In this document: positions 29,179 to 38,525 of the stretch, in pieces
Position numbering within the stretch: position 1 is the stretch's first letter
Layout of the letters: every line of letters begins with the position of its first letter
Program-made: the position numbers and the translations under genes
From: Hahellaceae bacterium
GTDB taxonomy: Bacteria > Pseudomonadota > Gammaproteobacteria > Pseudomonadales > Oleiphilaceae
Length of the DNA: 64,000 bases
Direction of reading: 5' to 3'
NCBI GenBank assembly: GCA_016744695.1
Contig: JADGDV010000008.1
Coordinates: 30,637 to 94,636 of the forward strand
The notes under the pieces: model-generated
Told to the model about the DNA's origin: nothing
The model's input: only the letters and a program-made list of their open reading frames with translations
Database searches by the model: none

Positions 29179-29205
29179 GGGATTCGATATGAACGGAGAT
29201 AATGA

Positions 29206-30588
29206 ATGAAAACTGTATTGTACTCTCCTATTGATGGACGAGTCTTGGCTGAACGTGAACTGGCTAAACTGATTGATATTGAAAACGCGCTCAATTGCGC
29301 TAAAAACGCTCAGCAAGAGTGGGCCCAAACGGAGATAAAAGAGCGTGCGAAGATATGCCATAAAGCAATCGATGCTCTACTTCAGAAAAAAGATGAAATC
29401 GCCCATGAGATAACATTGCAAATGGGGCGTCCAATTCAATATTCTGCGGGTGAAATTAACGGTCTGGAAGAGCGCGGCCGTTACATGATCGATAATGCTG
29501 AATCCGCCCTAGCTGATCACTTGGTTGAAGAAAAAAACGGGTTCAATCGCTTTATTCGTCATGAACCTTTAGGTGTTGTGGTTACTATAGCCCCATGGAA
29601 CTACCCTTATCTAACGGCGGTTAACTCAATAATACCCGCTATTATGGCCGGTAATAGTGTGGTGCTTAAGCACTCGAACCAAACACTTTTATGTGCTGAG
29701 CGGTTTGCTGAAGCCTTTGCCACGGCAGGGCTTCCTGAAGGTGTTTTTCAGTTCCTTCATCTTGATCATGAAACAACCGCACAGTTAGTGAGTCATGATA
29801 GTGTTGATTTTGTCTCTTTTACGGGCTCTGTTGCGGGTGGTGAAGCAATAGAAAAATCGGTAGCGGGTTATTTTAAAGGGTTGGCTTTAGAGTTAGGGGG
29901 TAAAGACCCTGCTTACATAAGAGAAGATGCCAACCTTGCTCATGCCATTGAAAATGTTCTGGATGGTGCTTTCTTTAACTCTGGTCAGTCTTGTTGCGGC
30001 GTTGAACGAATCTATGTTCATGAGTCGCTATATGAGCGCTTTGTTCAGGGGGCCATCAATCAAATTTATGAATATAAGCTGGGTAACCCGCTGGATGAAT
30101 CAACGACGTTAGGGCCTATGGTTAGCACCAAAGCGGCTGATCATATACGTGAACAAATTCAAAATGCAGTGGCTCAGGGAGCAAGGGCTTGCGTGGATAC
30201 AAGTTACTTTGACCGAGATGAGCTAGGCGCCGCTTATGTTGCCCCTCAATTGTTGACGCATGTAAATCATCAAATGAACATAATGACAGAAGAAAGTTTT
30301 GGGCCCGTGATCGGTGTGATGTCAGTTGCCAGTGATGAAGAAGCCATAAAATTGATGAATGATAGCCCCTTTGGTTTAACGGCCTCAATTTGGACTGAAG
30401 ATGAAAGCCAGGCCCTGTTGATCGGTGACCAACTGGAAACCGGCACGGTATTTATGAACCGCTGTGATTATTTAGATCCTGCTTTGGCGTGGGCCGGTGT
30501 TAAACAGTCTGGCCGAGGCTGTGCTTTATCTTCATTAGGCTATCAACAATTAACTCGACCTAAATCATTTCACCTTAAGCGCATTTAA
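29206..30588 (+). CDS. NAD(P)-dependent aldehyde dehydrogenase
   Basis: IAPWNYP, FTGS, LELGGKDP, NSGQSCCG and EESFGP motifs. Confidence 0.93.
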   Translation: MKTVLYSPIDGRVLAERELAKLIDIENALNCAKNAQQEWAQTEIKERAKICHKAIDALLQKKDEIAHEITLQMGRPIQYSAGEINGLEERGRYMIDNAESALADHLVEEKNGFNRFIRHEPLGVVVTIAPWNYPYLTAVNSIIPAIMAGNSVVLKHSNQTLLCAERFAEAFATAGLPEGVFQFLHLDHETTAQLVSHDSVDFVSFTGSVAGGEAIEKSVAGYFKGLALELGGKDPAYIREDANLAHAIENVLDGAFFNSGQSCCGVERIYVHESLYERFVQGAINQIYEYKLGNPLDESTTLGPMVSTKAADHIREQIQNAVAQGARACVDTSYFDRDELGAAYVAPQLLTHVNHQMNIMTEESFGPVIGVMSVASDEEAIKLMNDSPFGLTASIWTEDESQALLIGDQLETGTVFMNRCDYLDPALAWAGVKQSGRGCALSSLGYQQLTRPKSFHLKRI

Positions 30589-30604
30589 GCCAGAGAGATT
30601 ACAT

Positions 30605-31795
30605 ATGGAATATTCTTTAGACCTTACTGCGACAGATGAATTACAGGGTAACTGGAATTACCCAACCACCATTCGAATGGGCTGTGGACGGCTTAATGAG
30701 CTCCCTTTTGTTTGTAAATCTCTAGGAATAAGAAAGCCTTTGTTAGTAACGGATGCTGGGTTAGCAGGAATGGCCTTTGTTGAGCGGGCGATAGAATTGA
30801 TAAAAGCGGAAGGCATGAGTGTTTCTTTGTTCAGTGATGTGAAGCCTAACCCTACGGGTGATAATGTTCTTCAAGGTGTTCAAGTCTATAAACAGGGAGA
30901 GCATGATGGCGTTATTGCACTAGGGGGGGGGAGTGGGCTTGATGCAGGTAAAGCAATAGCCCTAATGAGTGGCCAAACGCACTCTATTTGGGATTTGGAA
31001 GATATTGGCTCAAACTGGCTGCGTGCAGATCCTGCGGGTATTGCGCCCATTATTGCGATTCCTACCACCTCCGGTACCGGTTCAGAAGTAGGCCGTGCTT
31101 CCGTCATACTCGATGAAAGTGAGCATGTTAAAAAAATAATATTTCATCCAAGTCTAATGCCTAAGGTTGTGTTGGCAGACCCTGAGGTTACCGCAGGTCT
31201 ACCGGCAAACTTAACGGCAGCGACAGGCTTAGATGCCTTTGTTCATTGCTTAGAGGCCTATTGTGCTCCGGGCTATCACCCAATGGCTGATGGCATTGCA
31301 CTTGAGGGCATGCGCCTGATTAAAACATGGCTACCTGAAGCGGTGAGTAATGGACATAATCTAACCGCGCGAAGTCATGTGATGATTGCCTCATCGATGG
31401 GGGCGACGGCTTTTCAAAAAGGACTAGGGGGTGTTCATGCCTTGGCCCACCCTTTAGGTGCATTGTACGATGCGCATCACGGCTTGCTAAACGCCATTAT
31501 CTTACCTTATGTTTTGGTGAAAAATCGGGATGCTATTGAAGGCCGAATCACACACATTGCCACCTGTATTGGCCTTGAAGAAGCAAGCTTTGAAGGTTTC
31601 ATGACTTGGTTATTGAGCCTGAGGAAGCAACTCAATATCCCTGATACACTGGCTGAAATTGGCATTACCACCGAAGACAGTGAGAAAGTAGGGCGGATGG
31701 CTTTTAAAGACCCGTCAGCCAGTGGAAACCCTGTAGCCTTGAGTGCGGAAGACTATGCGTCTTTATTTTGTAATGCTGTGAATGGAATACGCTAA
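30605..31795 (+). CDS. Iron-containing alcohol dehydrogenase
   Basis: GGGSGLD, PTTSGTGSE, DAFVHCLEAY, HALAH and HHGLLN motifs. Confidence 0.93.
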   Translation: MEYSLDLTATDELQGNWNYPTTIRMGCGRLNELPFVCKSLGIRKPLLVTDAGLAGMAFVERAIELIKAEGMSVSLFSDVKPNPTGDNVLQGVQVYKQGEHDGVIALGGGSGLDAGKAIALMSGQTHSIWDLEDIGSNWLRADPAGIAPIIAIPTTSGTGSEVGRASVILDESEHVKKIIFHPSLMPKVVLADPEVTAGLPANLTAATGLDAFVHCLEAYCAPGYHPMADGIALEGMRLIKTWLPEAVSNGHNLTARSHVMIASSMGATAFQKGLGGVHALAHPLGALYDAHHGLLNAIILPYVLVKNRDAIEGRITHIATCIGLEEASFEGFMTWLLSLRKQLNIPDTLAEIGITTEDSEKVGRMAFKDPSASGNPVALSAEDYASLFCNAVNGIR

Positions 31796-31798
31796 GGT

Positions 31799-32521
31799 AT
31801 GACAAATAAACCCTTAAAGCTGGGCATACTAGATTGTGACATCGTACATAAAGATTTACGCAAAGAGTATGTCTCGTACTCCCATATGTTCCAGACACTA
31901 TTTATGCAGACGGCTCCCTCTGTCAGTTTCATATCCTACCCCGTTATAGAAGGAGTTTATCCCGAATCCCTCGATGAATGCGATGGCTATATTATTACTG
32001 GCAGTAAAAGTAGCGTTTACGATAACGATGAGTGGCTTGGACATTTAAGTGATTATGTAAGAAGTCTGGCGAGCCATCGTAAAAAGATGATAGGGGTCTG
32101 CTTTGGTCACCAGTTGTTGGCTCATGTTCTTGGTGGGCGAACCAGTAACAGTGATAAAGGCTGGGGAGTAGGCGTAATGCTGAGTAAGGTCATGGCCAAC
32201 CCTGAATGGATGCAGCCCTCTATGCCATCATACTCACTGTTAGTGAGCCATCAAGATCAGGTTGTTCAGCTACCCCCGAATTCAACCGTTATTGCTCAGA
32301 GCGACTTTTGCAATTATTCAGCGTTCCAGGTTGAAGATTATGCATTAGGTTTTCAGGGGCACCCTGAGTTTGTTCGGGATTATAGCCGACGATTAATGGA
32401 GCTGAGGCGAGATAGAATTCCTCATCAGCGAGTTGAAGACGGTATTAAGTCTTTAACTGAAAACACTGATCACTTAGTTGTTGCAGAGTGGATGATAAAT
32501 TTTTTTGTTAAGGGCGGTTGA
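31799..32521 (+). CDS. Type 1 glutamine amidotransferase-like hydrolase
   Basis: GVCFGHQ nucleophile and QGHPEF triad. Confidence 0.9.
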   Translation: MTNKPLKLGILDCDIVHKDLRKEYVSYSHMFQTLFMQTAPSVSFISYPVIEGVYPESLDECDGYIITGSKSSVYDNDEWLGHLSDYVRSLASHRKKMIGVCFGHQLLAHVLGGRTSNSDKGWGVGVMLSKVMANPEWMQPSMPSYSLLVSHQDQVVQLPPNSTVIAQSDFCNYSAFQVEDYALGFQGHPEFVRDYSRRLMELRRDRIPHQRVEDGIKSLTENTDHLVVAEWMINFFVKGG

Positions 32522-32531
32522 TAGGTATCAA
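32518..32531. promoter_or_regulatory. FNR/Anr-type box upstream of the CBS gene
   Basis: Perfect TTGAT-AGGT-ATCAA overlapping the GATase stop; no clean -10 at the class II position. Confidence 0.55.
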
Positions 32532-32589
32532 TGTTTGAGAGCCTGTAGTTTGCTTTTCTAGTTAGAGAGAAAATAATAAGGAGTTACCA

Positions 32590-33039
32590 ATGATCAGTGT
32601 TGATGAAGTCATGACGAGTAATGTGTTTACATTAAAGCCAACTGACAGTGTTTATGATGCACGTGTTCTAATGCAAGAAAAAGACATTCGTCATATACCC
32701 ATTGTTGATGATAGCCATCGCCTGGTGGGGCTTGTTTCTCAACGCGATATACTGAGCGCTTCTGAGTCAACACTACATACAAGCAGTTCTGAGCAACGTA
32801 TATCACTTGAAAAACAGCACAAAATTGAAGAGGTGATGACACGTCAGGTAAAAATAATTGATCAAAGAGATAGCCTTAGGTCGGCGGCCGTGAATTTACG
32901 TAAATTTAAACATGGGTGTTTACCTGTTGTCACGGATGGTGAGTTAAAAGGAATTATCACCGATACCGATTTTGTAGGGGTGGCGTTACATCTTTTAGAG
33001 CAAGTAGAAGCGTCCGTTCCGGCTGAAGAATTTAATTAA
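32590..33039 (+). CDS. Tandem CBS-domain protein
   Basis: IRHIPIVD...GLVSQRD and HGCLPVV...GIITDTD repeats; GGAG RBS. Confidence 0.9.
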   Translation: MISVDEVMTSNVFTLKPTDSVYDARVLMQEKDIRHIPIVDDSHRLVGLVSQRDILSASESTLHTSSSEQRISLEKQHKIEEVMTRQVKIIDQRDSLRSAAVNLRKFKHGCLPVVTDGELKGIITDTDFVGVALHLLEQVEASVPAEEFN

Positions 33040-33052
33040 TCGACGGTTCATT

Positions 33053-33436
33053 ATGAATTACAGCACTTCAAAAAAATATCTTTTAGATAAACCAGAGTCA
33101 CTTGAAAGCTACCCTTTTGGTGATGATATTCCTGTGTTTAAGGTTAAGAATAAGGTGTTTGCAATACTAGGCATCAAGGGGGATGTGGGTCAGTTAAATT
33201 TAAAATGTGACCCTGATGAAGCGCTTTCTTTGAGAGATATTTTTGAAGCGGTTATTCCTGGTTACCATATGAATAAGAAGCATTGGAACACTATCATTCT
33301 TGATGGATCAATACCCGAGGGCGAAATAGAGCGAATGATTGATAACTCGTATTCGTTGGTTGTTAGAGGATTAAAGAAGCTTGAGCGTCAGGGTTTGGAG
33401 TTGAAATATGGAAAGAGTCAGCTTTATAAGTTATAA
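33053..33436 (+). CDS. MmcQ/YjbR-family protein
   Basis: YPFGDD, FKVKNKVFA, LKCDP and PGYHMNKKHWNT motifs. Confidence 0.92.
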   Translation: MNYSTSKKYLLDKPESLESYPFGDDIPVFKVKNKVFAILGIKGDVGQLNLKCDPDEALSLRDIFEAVIPGYHMNKKHWNTIILDGSIPEGEIERMIDNSYSLVVRGLKKLERQGLELKYGKSQLYKL

Positions 33437-33538
33437 ACTTGAAAGTCATCGTAAATAGTATTAATTTCCCTATTACCTAAAGGCTTATCTCGCTTTCATC
33501 GTTTACAGTCAATAAAATTCAAAAAGGCTTCATTTATT

Positions 33539-34378
33539 ATGCTCAGTTATCGTCATAGTTATCATGCGGGAAACTTCGCGGATGTGCTTAAGCACTGCGT
33601 ACAGTTGGCGATTATTGAGTATCTTAAGAAAAAAGATAAACCCTTCTGCTATCACGATACCCATAGTGGTGCCGGAGGTTATGTCATTGCTTCCCCCGAG
33701 ATGCAGAAAAATGGCGAATATCAAAGTGGTATAGCTAAGCTCTTCGGTCGCTCAACGGGGGTTGACGTTATTGACCATTATGCTGCATTAATCGCTTCGT
33801 TAAATACAACGGGGCGGTTAAATAGTTATCCAGGCTCACCTCAAATAGCGCTGTTGGCTAAGCGCGCCATTGATAGAATGCAGTTGACTGAACTTCACCC
33901 CGCAGACTTTTCGCATTTAAAGCAAATGCTAGGTAACAAGAAAAAAGTAAAAGCCTATCAACAAGATGCATGGCAAGGCTTAAAGGCAATGCTACCTCCT
34001 GCTGAAAAAAGAGGTTTAGTACTTATTGACCCTTCTTATGAGGTTAAGCAAGACTATAAAACAATCGTAAGCTCATTGCAGGAGGCTTATAAGCGCTTTT
34101 CATCGGGCATATTTGCTATTTGGTATCCGGTGTTAGAAAGAGATGCGACAGAGCAGTTTATAAGAAGCCTTGCCCAAGCAGGCATTCGTAACATGTTGCG
34201 GGTTGAGCATTGCATTTTACCTGACGACGAAAGCGGTATGACGGGGAGTGGAATGATTGTGGTTAACCCTCCCTATACACTTAAGGCTGATATGGAAACG
34301 GCGCTTCCTGTTTTGGGTAAACTGCTGAATGAGTGTGGAAAGGGTAGCTTTATTATCGAGCAATTGACTAAAGAGTAA
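33539..34378 (+). CDS. rlmJ: 23S rRNA m6A2030 methyltransferase
   Basis: MLSYRHSYHAGNFADVLKH, DTHSGAG, YPGSP and LIDPSYE motifs. Confidence 0.96.
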   Translation: MLSYRHSYHAGNFADVLKHCVQLAIIEYLKKKDKPFCYHDTHSGAGGYVIASPEMQKNGEYQSGIAKLFGRSTGVDVIDHYAALIASLNTTGRLNSYPGSPQIALLAKRAIDRMQLTELHPADFSHLKQMLGNKKKVKAYQQDAWQGLKAMLPPAEKRGLVLIDPSYEVKQDYKTIVSSLQEAYKRFSSGIFAIWYPVLERDATEQFIRSLAQAGIRNMLRVEHCILPDDESGMTGSGMIVVNPPYTLKADMETALPVLGKLLNECGKGSFIIEQLTKE

Positions 34379-34501
34379 TGGGGTTTTTCCGGTCTTTAAC
34401 CTAACACTCTCCTGAAGTAGATCAAATTATTACCCTATTATAGGGCTATACTGAAATATGTAGGTTAAGTAATTATTTTTCATTCAAAAGAGTGACGTTT
34501 G

Positions 34502-35428
34502 ATGCTTTCAGAGTCTGGTCAGAGCACCGTTGTAGCAAAAATAAATTACGATATTTCCACCATCAACAAGGCAATAATGCAGCATAGCCGTTGGCTTGGG
34601 GAGTGGAATAAAAAACTTATTTGTGAACAACCCATCTCTGATGAATTCATGCAGTCAGATGCCTATAAGCACTGTGGGTTTGGTCTTTGGTATTATGGAG
34701 AGCATAGTCACTTCACTCTAGAGCAAGACGAATTTCCACGTCTTGAGCAACTGCATAAATCTATTCACGAAAGTGTTAGGTATATTATGCTAAAAGCTAC
34801 CAAAAAAAGTGCAATAGCACCTCAATATTACGATAGTTTTATAGCCTCTGAGGCGGCCTTTACACGCTCTTTGGTTAACTTGCGTGACTCATTATTTGGT
34901 CAACTTTACTCGTTTGATTTCTTGACAGGCGTATATAATCGGCAAGCATTTTACTCGTTATTAGATAAAGAATTCGCACGTGTAGAACGTGCGTCTAGTG
35001 TTTCTAGCATCGTTATGGTCGACTTGGATTATTTTAAAAAAGTGAATGATCAATATGGCCATCAAGCAGGCGATAAAGTATTGACCTATTTTGCACATTA
35101 TCTAAAAGAAAGCCTGCGTTCATATGACTCTATAGGCCGTTATGGTGGCGAAGAGTTCCTTTTGTGCTTGCCTGATACCAGTGTTGACGATGCAAAAGTA
35201 ATTATGGATCGTGTTAGAGAAGAGCTGGCGGCACAACCTATTGATATCGTAGGGCCTAAAAACCAGCCGCTAAGTATCAATATAACTGCGTCATTCGGGG
35301 TATCCTCCATTAGTAAAGGGCATCCAACCAGTGAGGCAATTACAAGCGCTGATTTAGCCATGTACGAAGCTAAGTCGGCAGGAAGAAATCAGGTTAGTGC
35401 TTATTACTATGGTGCTGGCTCGGTATAA
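34502..35428 (+). CDS. Diguanylate cyclase with an N-terminal CZB zinc-sensing domain (DgcZ-like)
   Basis: CZB ligands H..W, CGFGLW and H...H; intact GGEEF with RSYD I-site. Confidence 0.85.
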   Translation: MLSESGQSTVVAKINYDISTINKAIMQHSRWLGEWNKKLICEQPISDEFMQSDAYKHCGFGLWYYGEHSHFTLEQDEFPRLEQLHKSIHESVRYIMLKATKKSAIAPQYYDSFIASEAAFTRSLVNLRDSLFGQLYSFDFLTGVYNRQAFYSLLDKEFARVERASSVSSIVMVDLDYFKKVNDQYGHQAGDKVLTYFAHYLKESLRSYDSIGRYGGEEFLLCLPDTSVDDAKVIMDRVREELAAQPIDIVGPKNQPLSINITASFGVSSISKGHPTSEAITSADLAMYEAKSAGRNQVSAYYYGAGSV

Positions 35429-35447
35429 CAGAGCAAGGTAGTTACTT

Positions 35448-35894
35448 ATGATGGAAACGGCAGAGAGTGTAGCAATAGTATCGGCAGGTGTGTTTTTTCT
35501 CACAGGGTTGCTTACAGGTATTTGGAAATACAAACAAATTATGGCGTCAGAGAATGGGCGGGCTCACCCCTATGTAGATATTTGCCATAGAGCGTCGTTG
35601 ATGTATGCCTTTGCCGCGATGTTATTAGCAAAGTTTGTTCAGGTCAGTCAGTTACCTAATATTGTAGAGTTGGTGGCTGTTAGTGCCGTTTTGATATATT
35701 TTGCCAGTGCAATATTTGGTTATTTTATCCATGGGCTATTGCAAGATACAAGCAATCAATTAAAGCCTCCTTTCAATATGGGTAAATATAAATTATCGCC
35801 AAGTACTGTTTCCATTTATATGTGGGGGCTGGTCGTGGCTGAAGTAGCCGGATTTTTAGTGTTGTTTTACGGCGTTATAATTGCCGTGCTTTAG
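35448..35894 (+). CDS. Four-TM integral membrane protein of unknown function
   Basis: Hydrophobic ORF with HPYVDICHRASLMY; AAGGTAG upstream. Confidence 0.75.
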   Translation: MMETAESVAIVSAGVFFLTGLLTGIWKYKQIMASENGRAHPYVDICHRASLMYAFAAMLLAKFVQVSQLPNIVELVAVSAVLIYFASAIFGYFIHGLLQDTSNQLKPPFNMGKYKLSPSTVSIYMWGLVVAEVAGFLVLFYGVIIAVL

Positions 35895-35982
35895 CCGCAC
35901 TTTTAGCCCTCGGCCTAGCGAAATTATGCATTTCATGTTTGACCGTTATAGTTATTAGCAGAAGAAACTGGTTAATTATTAA

Positions 35983-37257
35983 TCCCTCCGTCCCCTTTCC
36001 TTCTCTGTTGCATCGACATCGGCTAATGTTAAACGCTCTGTTGATAGACTTGAATCACCCAATAAGTCGGCAGAGAACCTGGTTCTTCCTTTTATATTTT
36101 CAACGGAAACAATGGGGCTGAATGTGGGTGTTGGCGTGATGGCTAGTGGCTATTACCAAGATCAGATGACGATGGGAGGGGCTGCATTTGGGGGAGAGGT
36201 CAGCCAGGGCGTGGGTGTCGGGCTTTGGAATTATCAGGTACTCGGGACGGATCGATTTTATTTTAGTATTGCTGGCATGGAAGGTTATTATCCTGATCAG
36301 CGAGCCTACGCCACTCCAAAAGATGAATTTAACTTACCGCCCTTAGCGGGCAGCAACGAATCTTCACCTGAAGACTATATTCAGGCAGATGGTTTGTCTA
36401 ACTGGTGGGAGATGAAATTGGAACTTTCCCTGCCTTTCGGGGCCACCGAAAACAAAGGGATGATCAAATACGAAACCCAAAATGGCCTTTTAGTATCTGG
36501 AGCCAGTGGTGGAGAAGAATGGAACCCATTAACGAGTGGCGCCTCAGTGTTAGTGCTTCGTCAATTTAATCGTTATCAAAGTTTTGAAGAGCAAGGTCGC
36601 TTTTTGGATGGCGCGGTTCACGCCATAGAGTTTGGCTTGTTATATGATAATACTGACTTTCCTGTAAACCCTTCTAAAGGCTCTAAACAGTATATTTCAA
36701 TTAGCCATAATGCTGAATGGTTGGAGTCTGAGCATGAATGGACCTTCGTTGAATTCGATGCCAGCAAATATTACTCGCTTGGAGAATCTGACAATGCGCA
36801 TCAACGTGTTATAGCGCTTAATTTTTGGACCGGTTATTCACCGTCTTGGGATGTTGAGTATAACGATCAAGGTCAGCAGCGAATTGTTAACGCGCCAGCA
36901 TACAATGAAGGGTCGACCTTGGGAGGATTTTACAAAATGCGGGGATATGCTCAAAATCGGTTTCACGATAAAGCCTCCATTTATATGACCGCTGAATATC
37001 GATACACCTTAAAATATAACCCTGTTGCGGGTGTTAGATGGCTACGCTTTTTGAAACTAGATTGGTTTCAATTGGTTGGTTTTGTTGAGGCTGGCAGGGT
37101 TGCTCCTGAGTACACGGCGAATGCGTTATTGTCTGATTTAAAGTATGACGCAGGTGTTTCTCTTAGAACGATGGTGGCGGGCTTAGTGGTTCGAGCTGAT
37201 GTCGCGGGTTCGGATGAAGGTGGAAGCCTTTGGTTTATGGTCGACCACCCTTTTTGA
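35983..37257 (+). CDS. BamA/TamA-like outer-membrane beta-barrel; 5' end (start and signal peptide) apparently disrupted
   Basis: Frame is open from 35983 but the first ATG is at 36112. Contains DFPVNPSKG, LGGFYKMRGY...RFHD, AEYRY and terminal DHPF. In-frame stops lie at 35956 and 35980. Confidence 0.7.
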   Translation, partial: SLRPLSFSVASTSANVKRSVDRLESPNKSAENLVLPFIFSTETMGLNVGVGVMASGYYQDQMTMGGAAFGGEVSQGVGVGLWNYQVLGTDRFYFSIAGMEGYYPDQRAYATPKDEFNLPPLAGSNESSPEDYIQADGLSNWWEMKLELSLPFGATENKGMIKYETQNGLLVSGASGGEEWNPLTSGASVLVLRQFNRYQSFEEQGRFLDGAVHAIEFGLLYDNTDFPVNPSKGSKQYISISHNAEWLESEHEWTFVEFDASKYYSLGESDNAHQRVIALNFWTGYSPSWDVEYNDQGQQRIVNAPAYNEGSTLGGFYKMRGYAQNRFHDKASIYMTAEYRYTLKYNPVAGVRWLRFLKLDWFQLVGFVEAGRVAPEYTANALLSDLKYDAGVSLRTMVAGLVVRADVAGSDEGGSLWFMVDHPF

Positions 37258-37537
37258 AGCGCGAAAAATGCCTTAAACGTGACTATTATTTGCTTATCTG
37301 GCAATGACTAAGCCGCTGCCTGAGGCTTGTAAGGGCAGGGAGCTGATTATGTACAATGAATATGTAGGTGCCATGCACAGTGGCGCGAAATTGCAGCTTG
37401 CGACTATGTTGGCGTAGCAACCTAGTTAAAACAAATAACAGACCTATCGCTACAGCGTTTGATTTTCGTTTACTTGTTAAAAGCTTTGATAGCTATCGTT
37501 TTCATTATTCAAAATAGCCGTTACGATACTCTCGAAT

Positions 37538-38425
37538 TTACACACCCTGCTTAGTTGTCGGCTGCGATAAAAAATCGACTAAGTGACGGACAACCGCTTC
37601 AGGTTCTTCAATATGAGGAAAGTGCCCTACGCCCGCCAGACTGGTAATATCTTTTTTGTGTGAAATTGCTTTTAGTCTGATCAGTGTATCTTCTCCATAC
37701 ATAGGGTCTTCACTCCCAGAGAGATAACACACAGGAAGCGTGGATGACTGCCATGCCTCACTCCATCTTTTACCATGAACTTTTCGGTCTTTTAGAAAAA
37801 AGTTCAATTTATGAAGTATTTTATTGCCTTGATGAGTGCATAGTAGTTGCCAATAGGTATTCACGGTATTTGAGTCTGGTTTTTTTTGCTCTGAAAAAAC
37901 ACGATTAAAACTCTTGGCAAATTTTTTCTCATTAAACAACTTGGTAATTAGCACTCCCATGTTAGATATCAGCAACTTCTGGATTAAACGAGGTTTTGAA
38001 AGTTCGGGGAATATCGACCCACTCATGGCAAATAGCGATAAAGGTTTTGGTTTTATGGGGCCTGAGCTGGTGGCTCTACTCAGCAGCTCTTGGGCGACGA
38101 TAGTACCAAAATCATGTGCCAAAATATGATACTCATGAATTCCAAGTAGTAATAATAGTGCTTCATGAATATCTGCCTGCTCTGTAATACTATATTGATG
38201 TTTTTGTGGCTTATCGGAAAAACCGAAACCCAACATATCAGGAGTGATAACTCTATAATTTTTCTGCAATTCAGGAATAAGATAACGCCAATCCCAACTT
38301 GATGTGGGAAAACCATGAATACAAATCAGAGGAATACCTTTACCTTCGTCTCGGTAAAAAATCTGTTGACCGTTGAAGTCAAAGAAATGCCCTTGTTTTT
38401 TCCACTGTTCTAACGCGCTGTTCAT
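37538..38425 (-). CDS. Alpha/beta hydrolase with Asp nucleophile (MEST/epoxide hydrolase-like)
   Basis: HGFPTSSWDW, DMLGFGFS, AHDFG and GVGHFPH motifs. Confidence 0.88.
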   Translation of the reverse strand: MNSALEQWKKQGHFFDFNGQQIFYRDEGKGIPLICIHGFPTSSWDWRYLIPELQKNYRVITPDMLGFGFSDKPQKHQYSITEQADIHEALLLLLGIHEYHILAHDFGTIVAQELLSRATSSGPIKPKPLSLFAMSGSIFPELSKPRLIQKLLISNMGVLITKLFNEKKFAKSFNRVFSEQKKPDSNTVNTYWQLLCTHQGNKILHKLNFFLKDRKVHGKRWSEAWQSSTLPVCYLSGSEDPMYGEDTLIRLKAISHKKDITSLAGVGHFPHIEEPEAVVRHLVDFLSQPTTKQGV

Positions 38426-38525
38426 TTTGGTCTCTCCATCATGGGATTAAGTCATTAAACGTAGATGAAGTATTCTCAACCAAATACATTGTCTAAATCG
38501 TCTTACTCTATAGAGTCGGAGCCTT

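Noticed and set aside
28975-29361. 128-aa minus-strand ORF
   Set aside because: Antisense to two real genes and reads through a REP doublet.
37304-37417. 37-codon ORF after the barrel gene
   Set aside because: No RBS and no motif.
37432-37482. TAAC...GTTA segment resembling an integron attC site
   Set aside because: R boxes are imperfect, no complementary L boxes, and no integrase or second site is visible.
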